Shown here: positions 8,805 to 16,983 of the stretch, one piece after another
How the letters are laid out: each line of letters begins with the position of its first letter
How positions within the stretch are numbered: the first letter of the stretch is position 1
Assembly (NCBI GenBank): GCA_016201825.1
Contig: JACQCD010000067.1
Span: forward strand, 1 to 58,630
Direction: 5' to 3'
DNA from: Nitrospirota bacterium
Lineage (GTDB): Bacteria > Nitrospirota > Nitrospiria > 2-01-FULL-66-17
Length of the DNA: 58,630 nt
Translations under genes and position numbers: made by a program
Notes under the pieces: model-generated
The model's input: only the letters and a program-made list of their open reading frames with translations
Database searches by the model: none
What the model was told of the DNA's origin: nothing

Positions 8805-9557
8805 TCAACGCCGGGTCGGCGGAGCGGAGGAGAAGACGGGTGGCGGAACCAGGCCGTCCATTGCGGCGCGCTCGGCCAATGCATACCGATCGGGAGTCCC
8901 GATGTCGATCCAGAAGGCGTCGGTCCGATAGCCGAACAGCGGCTCGCCCCGTTCCACCAGCGCAATGTAGGCGTCGGTGATCGGTGAAAAGACGCCGGCT
9001 GGGATGTCGGCGAACACGCGGGGGTCCACGACGTGGATGCCGGTGAACATCAGATCCTGCAAGGCGGGACCGGTCCAGGTTCCGCGGCCGAGAAAGCGGC
9101 GGATACGCCCGTCCGAGTCGAGCCCGATCGCTCCGTACGCCGCGACGTCTGAGTCGTGGCGCACGGCGAGCGTTGCGAGGGGGCGGCGCGCTTTGTGGGC
9201 TGCGATCAACGTGCGCGGGTCAAGCGTGGTGAGCACGTCGGCGTTGACGACCAGAAACGGCTCGTCGGCGAAAAAACGCTCGACGCGCTTGAGCCCCCCG
9301 CCCGTTCCCAGGATTTCGGGTTCGTCGGAATACGACACCTCCAAGCCGAAGCGGCTTCCGTCTCCGAGGGCTTCACGGATGCGCTCCCCGTGGTAATGAA
9401 GGTTGATCAGCACCTGCCTGATACCGGCCGAGGCGATCCAGGCGAGGGTGTAATGAATCAGCGGACGGCCGGCGATGGACAGGAGGGGCTTGGGAAGGCG
9501 GTCTGTGAGCGGGCGCAGGCGCGTGCCCAGCCCGGCCGCGAGGATCATCGCCTTCAC
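8805..9557 (-). CDS. murU: Nucleotidyltransferase, MurU-like (MurNAc-1-P uridylyltransferase)
   Basis: KAMILAAGLGTRLRPLT..PKPL, WIDIGTP; coupled to an amgK-like kinase. Confidence 0.75.
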   Translation of the reverse strand: MKAMILAAGLGTRLRPLTDRLPKPLLSIAGRPLIHYTLAWIASAGIRQVLINLHYHGERIREALGDGSRFGLEVSYSDEPEILGTGGGLKRVERFFADEPFLVVNADVLTTLDPRTLIAAHKARRPLATLAVRHDSDVAAYGAIGLDSDGRIRRFLGRGTWTGPALQDLMFTGIHVVDPRVFADIPAGVFSPITDAYIALVERGEPLFGYRTDAFWIDIGTPDRYALAERAAMDGLVPPPVFSSAPPTRR

Positions 9558-10645
9558 GCGAGCTCTGGAACGAGCGGGATCAGCAGATTTCGGAGGTCCG
9601 CCAGATCGGCGTATTTCTCAATGTTCCGTCGGACCGACCGCAGCGTCGGTGCGACATACGGAAGGTGTGTGGCGCGGCCCTTGACCTTCTCGATGTACAC
9701 GAACCGCCCTGCGGCTTTGAGATTACGCTGCAGGCTCGTCAAATCGAATAGGCGCCGGAACGCGGTTGGATCCTGGAGAGGTCCCTTTGCCACCGAGAGA
9801 TAATATGCGATGAGCCGGTCGACCAGCGGTTCCTCGAGCGTCACGTAGGAATCTCGCAGCAAGGACGCGAGATCGTAGGTCAGGGGCCCCACCAGCGCGT
9901 CCTGGAAATCGATCAGACGGATGCGTCCATCGGCGACCATCAGATTCCGACTGTGGTAATCGCGGTGAACCAGTACGGAGGGGGCCGATGCGATCTCTTC
10001 GGCGATTCGATCAAACGCCATCCGGATCTTGCGGCGCGGCTCCGGGGACACGGCCGCTTCATTGCGGGCTTCGACGCCGTATTCCAGGAAATGCTCGAAC
10101 TCCCAGACCAGAAGGGCGCGGTCGAACCGACGTCCGAACGCCAGGCATTGGGAAGGGGCGGTGTCCGTGGTATCGCCCTGCAGTTTGACCAGCTCGTCGA
10201 GCGCCGACCGATACAGGTTCTCGATTCGCTCGGTCGGCGCTCCCGCAATCGCGTCCCAGAGGGTGACGTCCCCAAGGTCCTCCAGGACAAGTCGACCGCT
10301 TTTCACATCATAATCGTAGATCCGAGGTACTCCGAGCCCTCGCGAACGCAGGTACCGCTGGATGTTCAAGAAGGGGAGCTCGGTGACCGGAAAGTCGGAT
10401 GCAGAGATCGCCTCTTCGGAACGCTTGAAAGCCTCGGGTTCCGCAAGCTCCATGAGGATGAGGGTGGCCGGCACGCTGCCTGCCCCCAATTGAATTCTGG
10501 AATACGTACGGTTCGACGCATCGCCTTTGAGGCGTTCGCATCCGTGGACCGGGGTCGAGAAACCAGAGCGCCGGATCAAATCGTTCAGTTCCCAACTGGT
10601 CCGGTCGGCTGTGTCGGGTGAGGGGGGGATGTGGGGTGTGCTCAT
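9554..10645 (-). CDS. amgK: APH-family phosphotransferase, AmgK-like anomeric MurNAc/GlcNAc kinase
   Basis: GDASNRTY, LEDLGD, VHRDYHSRNLM, IDFQDA, YDLASLLRDSY, QRNLKAAGRF. Confidence 0.82.
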   Translation of the reverse strand: MSTPHIPPSPDTADRTSWELNDLIRRSGFSTPVHGCERLKGDASNRTYSRIQLGAGSVPATLILMELAEPEAFKRSEEAISASDFPVTELPFLNIQRYLRSRGLGVPRIYDYDVKSGRLVLEDLGDVTLWDAIAGAPTERIENLYRSALDELVKLQGDTTDTAPSQCLAFGRRFDRALLVWEFEHFLEYGVEARNEAAVSPEPRRKIRMAFDRIAEEIASAPSVLVHRDYHSRNLMVADGRIRLIDFQDALVGPLTYDLASLLRDSYVTLEEPLVDRLIAYYLSVAKGPLQDPTAFRRLFDLTSLQRNLKAAGRFVYIEKVKGRATHLPYVAPTLRSVRRNIEKYADLADLRNLLIPLVPELA

Positions 10646-10803
10646 CGACGCGCCATTCTGCCATGCCCACCTCCCCCTGTCAAACCATTCGACGTCGCCA
10701 GGGAAGGATGTAAATTTGACTGCCCCGTGTCGAACATGCAACTAAGCTGTGTTCTTTTTGCTGCTAGTATCCTCTCCCCCGATGGTTTTTTCAGCCAGAT
10801 GGC

Positions 10804-10820
10804 ACGGCACACCTTTTGCT
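10804..10820 (+). promoter_or_regulatory. Putative sigma54 (-24/-12) promoter upstream of lpxC
   Basis: ACGGCACACCTTTTGCT: GG at 10806-07 and GC at 10818-19 with exact 10-nt spacing; SD GGGGAG and ATG 10853 follow. Confidence 0.6.
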
Positions 10821-10852
10821 TTTATCATAGACCTGAAATAGGGGAGAGTGTT

Positions 10853-11749
10853 ATGGATGGGTTTCAAGCGGCATCGCAGCAGACCATAGGGCGCGTCGTG
10901 TCGTGCGAGGGGATCGGGCTGCACTCGGGGCGCCAGGTTTCGATTCGGTTGTGTCCTGCCGAGCCCAACACCGGCATCCGATTCCTCCGACGCACTCAGA
11001 CCGGAGATGTCTGGATTGATGCTCGGATCGGCCAAGTGTCAGGGACGACATTGGCGACCAGCTTGGGCCGGGGAGAGAAGGTGGTGCACACGGTCGAGCA
11101 CCTCTTGGCCGCGGCCAGCGGATTGCGGCTCGATAACCTGGTCGTTGAACTGGATGCCGATGAAATTCCGATTATGGATGGGAGCGCCCGACCATTCGCC
11201 GACGCCTTGCTCGGAGCCGGAATCGCTTCCCAAGCGGCGCCTCGGTCGGTCTTTGTGGTGACAGCCCCCTTTGAGGTGCGTGACGGGGCGGGGTGGATCT
11301 CGGTGGTTCCCTCCTCCCGGTTAGAAGTCTACAATACGGTTGAATACGATCATCCGGCGATCGGCCGGCAGGTCTTCGGGTACATCGACGACGGACCATC
11401 CACGTTCGTGGAGTCCTTGGCGGGAGCCCGCACGTTCGGTTTCCTCCGGGATGTTGAGCGACTCAAAGCGGCCGGCTTGATTCAAGGGGGGAGTTTGGAT
11501 AATGCTGTGGTCGTGGGGGCAACCGGTGTTTTAAACGAGGAAGGGCTTCGGTGGGACGACGAGTTCGTGCGTCACAAAACGCTGGACCTTCTGGGCGATT
11601 TGGCGTTACTGGGCGGGACGATGAGGGGGCGAATCACGGCGTTCAAAGCGGGGCACGGGTTGCATTCAAAGTTTGTCGCGTACATGACAGCCCACCCTGA
11701 GGTGTGGCAAGTCCAGATCGCGGACTGTGAAGCGACGATATCTGCTTAG
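10853..11749 (+). CDS. lpxC: UDP-3-O-acyl-N-acetylglucosamine deacetylase
   Basis: QQTI...GIGLHSG, TVEHLLAA, EIPIMDGSA, ARTFGF, GGSLDNA, HKTLDLLGDL, KAGH. Confidence 0.96.
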   Translation: MDGFQAASQQTIGRVVSCEGIGLHSGRQVSIRLCPAEPNTGIRFLRRTQTGDVWIDARIGQVSGTTLATSLGRGEKVVHTVEHLLAAASGLRLDNLVVELDADEIPIMDGSARPFADALLGAGIASQAAPRSVFVVTAPFEVRDGAGWISVVPSSRLEVYNTVEYDHPAIGRQVFGYIDDGPSTFVESLAGARTFGFLRDVERLKAAGLIQGGSLDNAVVVGATGVLNEEGLRWDDEFVRHKTLDLLGDLALLGGTMRGRITAFKAGHGLHSKFVAYMTAHPEVWQVQIADCEATISA

Positions 11750-11813
11750 CCGCCAGAGAGAATAAAACACCCACTAACATGGTTGCAGGGATGTGGGGAG
11801 ACTAGGACAAGCC

Positions 11814-11841
11814 CGGGGGTTCCTCGTGAGAGGAACCCCCG
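11814..11841. terminator. 12-bp GC-rich hairpin between convergent lpxC and the micro-ORF/wHTH unit
   Basis: CGGGGGTTCCTC-GTGA-GAGGAACCCCCG followed by TTT on the plus strand. Confidence 0.75.
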
Positions 11842-11858
11842 TTTCGCGTTGCCAAACG

Positions 11859-11906
11859 TTACTTCTTCTTTGCAGCCTTTTTCTTCGCAGGTTTTTTCGT
11901 CGCCAA
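11859..11906 (-). CDS. Putative 15-aa lysine-rich micro-protein MATKKPAKKKAAKKK
   Basis: TTG start at 11906, strong SD (AGGGGGTGA) 6 nt upstream, TAA at 11861-11859; lies between the wHTH stop and the terminator. Below the ORF-track threshold. Confidence 0.6.
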   Translation of the reverse strand: MATKKPAKKKAAKKK

Positions 11907-11925
11907 GCGTCCTCACCCCCTTTCG

Positions 11926-12441
11926 TCAGGTACCCCCTCCTGGGGTCACCGGTGTTTCTTCGACCAGCTCAAAGGTGTTCGGTGCCACTTTCCGAAAATG
12001 CTTATCACGCCGGAGGGAAATTGCGATTGAGGTAACCGGAGTTTTCCCTCGGATCCGGACGCCACCCTCTACCAGCTTTCGGTACATCTCCTTCGCGTGC
12101 ATCGGTGTTGCCGCTTCTTTCAGAAGCACCATGGCGGCCTGTGGGACACTCATGCCGAGATACTTGGTGCGTCCAAAGAGAATTTCCTGCGATTGGTCGG
12201 GAACGTCGAGAGACACTTTCCCCTTATCGCGTTCTCCCTCACCCGCTGGAGATTGTTTGGCGGCCACCCGAGCCTTTTCCTGCTCAACCCTATATAATGT
12301 TTCCGCCAACTCCAGGTACTTCTTGATCGTCTTAATTTCTTCATCCAGTCGATCGCGCTTCTTTTGGAGTTCCTGGAGCTTGATCTTGTAGGCGTTGATT
12401 CGCTGGTTGAGGCCAGCCAAGATGTCTTGTAACTCTTCCAT
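11926..12441 (-). CDS. Coiled-coil plus C-terminal winged-helix (HARE-HTH-like) putative DNA-binding protein
   Basis: N-terminal heptad-like helix (LQELQKKRDRLDEEIKTIKKYLEL); C-terminal AMVLLKEAATPMHAKEMYRKL...GKTPVTSIAISL....FRKVAPNTFEL. Confidence 0.8.
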   Translation of the reverse strand: MEELQDILAGLNQRINAYKIKLQELQKKRDRLDEEIKTIKKYLELAETLYRVEQEKARVAAKQSPAGEGERDKGKVSLDVPDQSQEILFGRTKYLGMSVPQAAMVLLKEAATPMHAKEMYRKLVEGGVRIRGKTPVTSIAISLRRDKHFRKVAPNTFELVEETPVTPGGGT

Positions 12442-12500
12442 ATGTGTAAGATCCGTAGCATGCCACACTCAGAAGACAGGATTCATTTACAACGCTATGG

Positions 12501-12529
12501 ACTATAGCAAGGCTATAGTTTGTTGTCAA
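12501..12529 (-). promoter_or_regulatory. Sigma70 promoter with overlapping palindromic operator for the wHTH gene
   Basis: TTGACA-17 nt-TATAGT with extended -10 TG; dyad ACTATAGC-AAG-GCTATAGT at 12501-12519. Confidence 0.75.
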
Positions 12530-12641
12530 GCAAAAATCTGCCAGTACAGTTGTGTGTTTGCTATGAGCTGCCTGCACACCTATATGCTATGGTCTAGCAT
12601 AGCAGAAGGAATACCGCGTTATGAAAATGGTTTCTTTTAGT

Positions 12642-14969
12642 ATGCGTATTTGCTATGCGTCACTGAGTAAATGGAGTGTAAGGGCACTGCTCGTTGTGAT
12701 GGCCGGCTGCCAGGGCCAGATTGGCCAGAGTATCCCTCCGGCCGCTCCATCCGTCGGTAATCTTGCGTCGGTGACTCACCAGAGCCGTGTCACGCTCTCC
12801 GGAACAAAGCCTGAAGGAACGTCTCTCTCTATTAATGGCGAGGAAGTCGTGGCTCGCGATGCACTTGAGACTTGGAGCGCGGTGGTCACGCTTTCTTCGG
12901 ACGGGTTGCACACGTTTGAGATAGAGGCGCTCGACGAGCGGGGTCAGATCAGTCTTCCCTTCGTAGTCTCGATCCTCCGTGACACCTCCCCTCCAGCGGT
13001 ACCGACCGTCGATCTGGTCACGTCGCCAGCTTCGGCCAACCCGATCACGCTGACCGGCACCAAGGAAGCGGGAGCCCTGGTGCGGCTCAATGGTCGTCGG
13101 GTCATTCCGCCATCGACGGCCACAACCTGGAGTTACCAGGCGACCCTCGCGACTGGCCCCAACACCTTAACGGTGACGGTCGTCGACGCCGCGGGCAACG
13201 AAAGCGATCCGGCAACGGTGGCTGTGACGTTGACGCCGACATGTGCCGTGTCCCGGTCGGTGTTTCCTCTGGATCGGGCCGCGATCGTGTGGGGCGCGGC
13301 GTTCACGTGGCAGGCCCCGTCTGTCGCCCCTTCGGGGGGCTATCGGTTCGAACTGTCTGCTTCGCCGGCGTTTGATTCGGTCATTGACACGGTCGACACT
13401 TCGTTAGCGCTGTATGCGCCAACGACCCCCACTCCCCCTGCCGGAGTGTACTTTTGGCGCGTTGGCGCGATCGACAGTACCTGCGGCGTGTCGTATGGCC
13501 TGACGAGAATGGTTCTCATCGGGTCTACCACCGGTGACATCAACGGGGATAGATACGCCGATGCGTTGATCGGTGTGGTGGGTGACGATACGGTGGACCA
13601 CGATGCGGGCGCTGCCTACATTGACTATGGCGGCCCATCGCCGGAGGTTCAGCCGGATGTCATCCTTCCCGGCGAGCACCGTCTTGATGGGTTTGGGGGC
13701 TCGGTCGCGAAAGTGGGGGATATCGACGGCGATGGGTACGTCGACGTGCTGGTGGGAGCCTACTTATTCGATCGCGATTTCGATCAACAGGATCACGTGG
13801 GTCGCGCGTATCTGTTCTGGGGTGGGCCGAACATGTCGACTCGGCCTGGGCTGGTGTTCACCGGCGAATCCGATAATGGGGAGTTCGGAGTGTCGGTGGC
13901 GGGCATCGGCGATGTCAACGGCGACGGCTACCCCGATGTGGCGGTGGGCGCGTATAGAGCCACGGTGACGGCGGCATGCGGAGGGGGGACGGCGCGCCTC
14001 CCGGCGGTTGGGCGGGTCTATATCTATTTCGGTGGTCCGCGGGCGACGATGGATTCGAAGGCGGATGTTGTGCTGACGGGCGAGACGACCGTGACCCCGG
14101 GTGAGCCCACGAGTGCCTGTCGGCAGGGCGACGAGTTCGGTGGACGGGTGGCGGGCGTTGGGGATATCAACGGGGACGGCTACGACGATATCGTCGTAGG
14201 TGCCCGCAAATTCGACCTGAACACGGATCCCTCGGATCCCTCGGTCGGCCAAGACGCCGGACGGGCCTATGTGTTCTATGGCGGTCCGTGGCTGGTGGGT
14301 GTAGGGGCTGACCAAGCCGATGTTATTTTCACCGGTACGGCGACCGGTGATGAATTTGGAACGGCAGTTGCGGGTGCCGGAGATACGAATGGCGACGGCT
14401 TTGCGGATCTGGTCGTCGGCGCGCCGCTCCGAGACGAAGCAGGCGCCGAATCCGGGTCCGCGTACTGGTACTTTGGTAACGCCTCGCCATCCACTTCTCC
14501 CGCCTTCCGTCTCGATGGTCTGGCCGCCGGGGATAATTTCGGGTTTTCGGTCTCGTCAAGCGGTGACGTGAATGGCGATGGGTTCTCCGACCTCGTGGTG
14601 GGGGCGTATGTTCCTTTTGATCCTGCGGTCGCTCCCGAGAAGCAGCGTCTTGGGTCGGCCACGCTCTACCTAGGCGGGAGCCCTCCCAGCGGCGCTCCTG
14701 CCGCGAGCTTCGGGGCTGAAGCGGTCGGCGACGAATTCGGCATTGCTGTAGGGGGGCCGGGCGATGTGAACGGGGACGGCTACGACGACGTGATCGTCGG
14801 GGCCTACCGCAACGACGCGTGTTGTGGCAAAACAGGTGAGGGCGGCCGAGCCTACATCTTTCCCGGGGGATCCTCTCTCGTGTCAAGAGGCGCTGCCTCC
14901 GACCCGAAGAATGACTGGATCTTCACCGGTCGGAGCGCTGGGGACGGACTGGGGATTTCCGTCCGCTGA
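12642..14969 (+). CDS. Probable lipoprotein with Ig-like domains and a seven-repeat FG-GAP (integrin-alpha-like) beta-propeller
   Basis: Lipobox-like VMAG-C; two Ig-like repeats (LSGTKPEG / LTGTKEAG...DAAGNES); seven GDxNGDGxxDxxVG repeats. Start is 12621 or 12642. Confidence 0.85.
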   Translation: MRICYASLSKWSVRALLVVMAGCQGQIGQSIPPAAPSVGNLASVTHQSRVTLSGTKPEGTSLSINGEEVVARDALETWSAVVTLSSDGLHTFEIEALDERGQISLPFVVSILRDTSPPAVPTVDLVTSPASANPITLTGTKEAGALVRLNGRRVIPPSTATTWSYQATLATGPNTLTVTVVDAAGNESDPATVAVTLTPTCAVSRSVFPLDRAAIVWGAAFTWQAPSVAPSGGYRFELSASPAFDSVIDTVDTSLALYAPTTPTPPAGVYFWRVGAIDSTCGVSYGLTRMVLIGSTTGDINGDRYADALIGVVGDDTVDHDAGAAYIDYGGPSPEVQPDVILPGEHRLDGFGGSVAKVGDIDGDGYVDVLVGAYLFDRDFDQQDHVGRAYLFWGGPNMSTRPGLVFTGESDNGEFGVSVAGIGDVNGDGYPDVAVGAYRATVTAACGGGTARLPAVGRVYIYFGGPRATMDSKADVVLTGETTVTPGEPTSACRQGDEFGGRVAGVGDINGDGYDDIVVGARKFDLNTDPSDPSVGQDAGRAYVFYGGPWLVGVGADQADVIFTGTATGDEFGTAVAGAGDTNGDGFADLVVGAPLRDEAGAESGSAYWYFGNASPSTSPAFRLDGLAAGDNFGFSVSSSGDVNGDGFSDLVVGAYVPFDPAVAPEKQRLGSATLYLGGSPPSGAPAASFGAEAVGDEFGIAVGGPGDVNGDGYDDVIVGAYRNDACCGKTGEGGRAYIFPGGSSLVSRGAASDPKNDWIFTGRSAGDGLGISVR

Positions 14970-15001
14970 GGTGGGCATGGCCCCCACGCTCGAGGCGCCG
15001 G

Positions 15002-16564
15002 TCAGGCGCTGCGCCGTCTTAGCAAGTGCCAGACGAAGTGCGCCTCCTCGTTTCGCCACAGAGCCTGGAGCGCGCCATAACTGGCGGCGGATGCTCCGAT
15101 CCCTCCGGCGATCAGGATGGCCTTGGCCAACCAAGCGCCAGGCTCCGTCCAGATCGTCATCGCGCTGATCAGGCTCCCGATGACGGCGGTTGGGGCGCTG
15201 GCCGCCAAAGACTGAAACGCGGATCGCGCGATGCGGCGTCCGCCGAATCGTTCCAGTCGTCGGTGCAGCACGGTGAGCAAGACGAGAAAGTTGAGCGCCG
15301 ACGCGAGCGCCGTGGCGAGCGCAAGCCCGCCATGCCCGAGCGGTCCCATGAGGGCCAGGCTTGCGCCGATGTTGGCGGCGACGGCGAGAATGGCGGCGAT
15401 CACCGGCGTGGCCGTATCCTGCCTTGCATAGAAGACCGGGACCACGACGCGCACTCCCGCAAACGCCCAGAGCCCCACGGTATAGTACAACAACGCGCTC
15501 GCGGTTCCCGCGGTGTCGGCGGCCCCGAATCGTCCATGCTGGAAGATGAGGTGGACAATCGGGGTGCGAAGCATAATCAGGCCGATCATCGCCGGAAGCG
15601 AGATGAACAAGATGAGTCGAAGCCCGAACGACACGGTTTCGCGGAGAGCCTGAACCTCGCCCTTGGCGGCTTGAGAGGACAGGGTCGGAAGCAGGGCCGT
15701 TGAGAGGGCGACCCCGAACACGCCGAGCGGGAATTGGACTAAGCGCATCGCATAGTACAGATAGGTGACGCTCCCTTGTGCCAGATACGATGCGAGGAGT
15801 GTATTGATGAAGATGTTGACCTGAGACACCGAGAGTCCCGCGAGCGTTGGGAGGAGCAAGACTCCCATGCGTCGCAGGGCCGGATGGTCCGGTTGCCACG
15901 ACCATGCGAAGCCCATTCCGAGTCGGTGTAAGGCCGGGATCTGCACGGCGAGTTGGGCGACTCCTCCGAGGGAGACGCCCCAGGCAACGGCGGCCACCGG
16001 TTCGTCGAGGAACGGCGCCAGGAAGAACACCGTCGCGATGATGGAGAGATTGAACAAGGCGGGGGACAGAGCAGGCGCCGCGAATGCTCGAAGGGTATTG
16101 AGCACGCCCATCGCCAGCGCGGCCAAGCTGATCCAGAGGAGGTACGGGAACATCACCCGGGTGAGATGTGCGGTCAGCGCAGATTTTCCCGGGTCATCCC
16201 CGAAACCTGGCGCAATCACCGACACGATCGCGGGAGCAAAGAGGACTCCCAGCATCGTGATGGCCGATACCACGACCAGAATCAAACTGAACGCGGCCCG
16301 GGCGAGGCGCTGGGCCTCCTCGCGGGATTGGGTCGCGAGCGTGTGGGTGAAGACGGGGACGAAGGCGGCCGACATCGAGCCCTCGGCGAACAGCTCCCGG
16401 AGCAGGCTGGGAATCCGGTAGGCCACGTAGAACGCATCGGCGACATGACTGGCGCCGAACGCGCGCGCGACGACCATATCCCGGACGAAGCCGAGCACGC
16501 GGCTCAAGAGGGTTGCGGCTCCGATCACTCCGGCCGCTCGAGCGACTTGCCGTTCTTCTCCCAC
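15002..16564 (-). CDS. murJ: Lipid II flippase
   Basis: SRVLGFVRD, ADAFYVAYRIPSLLRELFAEG, RLVQFPLGVFG; multiple TM segments. Confidence 0.96.
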   Translation of the reverse strand: MGEERQVARAAGVIGAATLLSRVLGFVRDMVVARAFGASHVADAFYVAYRIPSLLRELFAEGSMSAAFVPVFTHTLATQSREEAQRLARAAFSLILVVVSAITMLGVLFAPAIVSVIAPGFGDDPGKSALTAHLTRVMFPYLLWISLAALAMGVLNTLRAFAAPALSPALFNLSIIATVFFLAPFLDEPVAAVAWGVSLGGVAQLAVQIPALHRLGMGFAWSWQPDHPALRRMGVLLLPTLAGLSVSQVNIFINTLLASYLAQGSVTYLYYAMRLVQFPLGVFGVALSTALLPTLSSQAAKGEVQALRETVSFGLRLILFISLPAMIGLIMLRTPIVHLIFQHGRFGAADTAGTASALLYYTVGLWAFAGVRVVVPVFYARQDTATPVIAAILAVAANIGASLALMGPLGHGGLALATALASALNFLVLLTVLHRRLERFGGRRIARSAFQSLAASAPTAVIGSLISAMTIWTEPGAWLAKAILIAGGIGASAASYGALQALWRNEEAHFVWHLLRRRSA

Positions 16565-16704
16565 CTTACCGAGCGGGCGGAGCGCAGCCCCGCGGCGTGG
16601 GTGGAAGCCGACGGTGTCGGTCGCGGGGCCGGGTGCTTGACTTCACCTCGTGCGTCATGCTAAGAAACACTTTCTTTTCCAACACATGGTGAGGAGGATG
16701 GCTC

Positions 16705-16983
16705 GTGGGTGTACACGCATCAGCAATCAAAAAGGACCGCCAGGCACTTCGCCGCAGGGAACGAAATCGGGCGATGTTGGCGGCCATCAAAACGGTTGTG
16801 AAGAAAGTTCGGAGTGCGGTCGGGGCCAAGAATGCCGCGTCGGCCACGCAGGCGTTGGCTGAGGCGGTTCCGGCGCTCTCGAAAGCCGCCGCGAAGAAGT
16901 TGATCCACAAGAATAAGGCCTCACGGCTGATTTCCCGCTTGACCCGTCACTCCAACCGCTTGTCGTCTTCCGCGTCGAAGTAA
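16705..16983 (+). CDS. rpsT: 30S ribosomal protein S20
   Basis: HASAIKKDRQ..RRRERNR...KTVVKK...IHKNKASRLISRL; GAGGAGG SD upstream. Confidence 0.93.
   Translation: MGVHASAIKKDRQALRRRERNRAMLAAIKTVVKKVRSAVGAKNAASATQALAEAVPALSKAAAKKLIHKNKASRLISRLTRHSNRLSSSASK

Noticed and set aside
11750-11813. Possible small RNA between lpxC and the hairpin
   Set aside because: No recognisable family motif or convincing structure; an Rfam/Infernal search would be needed.
11783-12391. 202-aa plus-strand ORF
   Set aside because: Antisense to the wHTH gene and micro-ORF; S/F/P-rich shadow composition.
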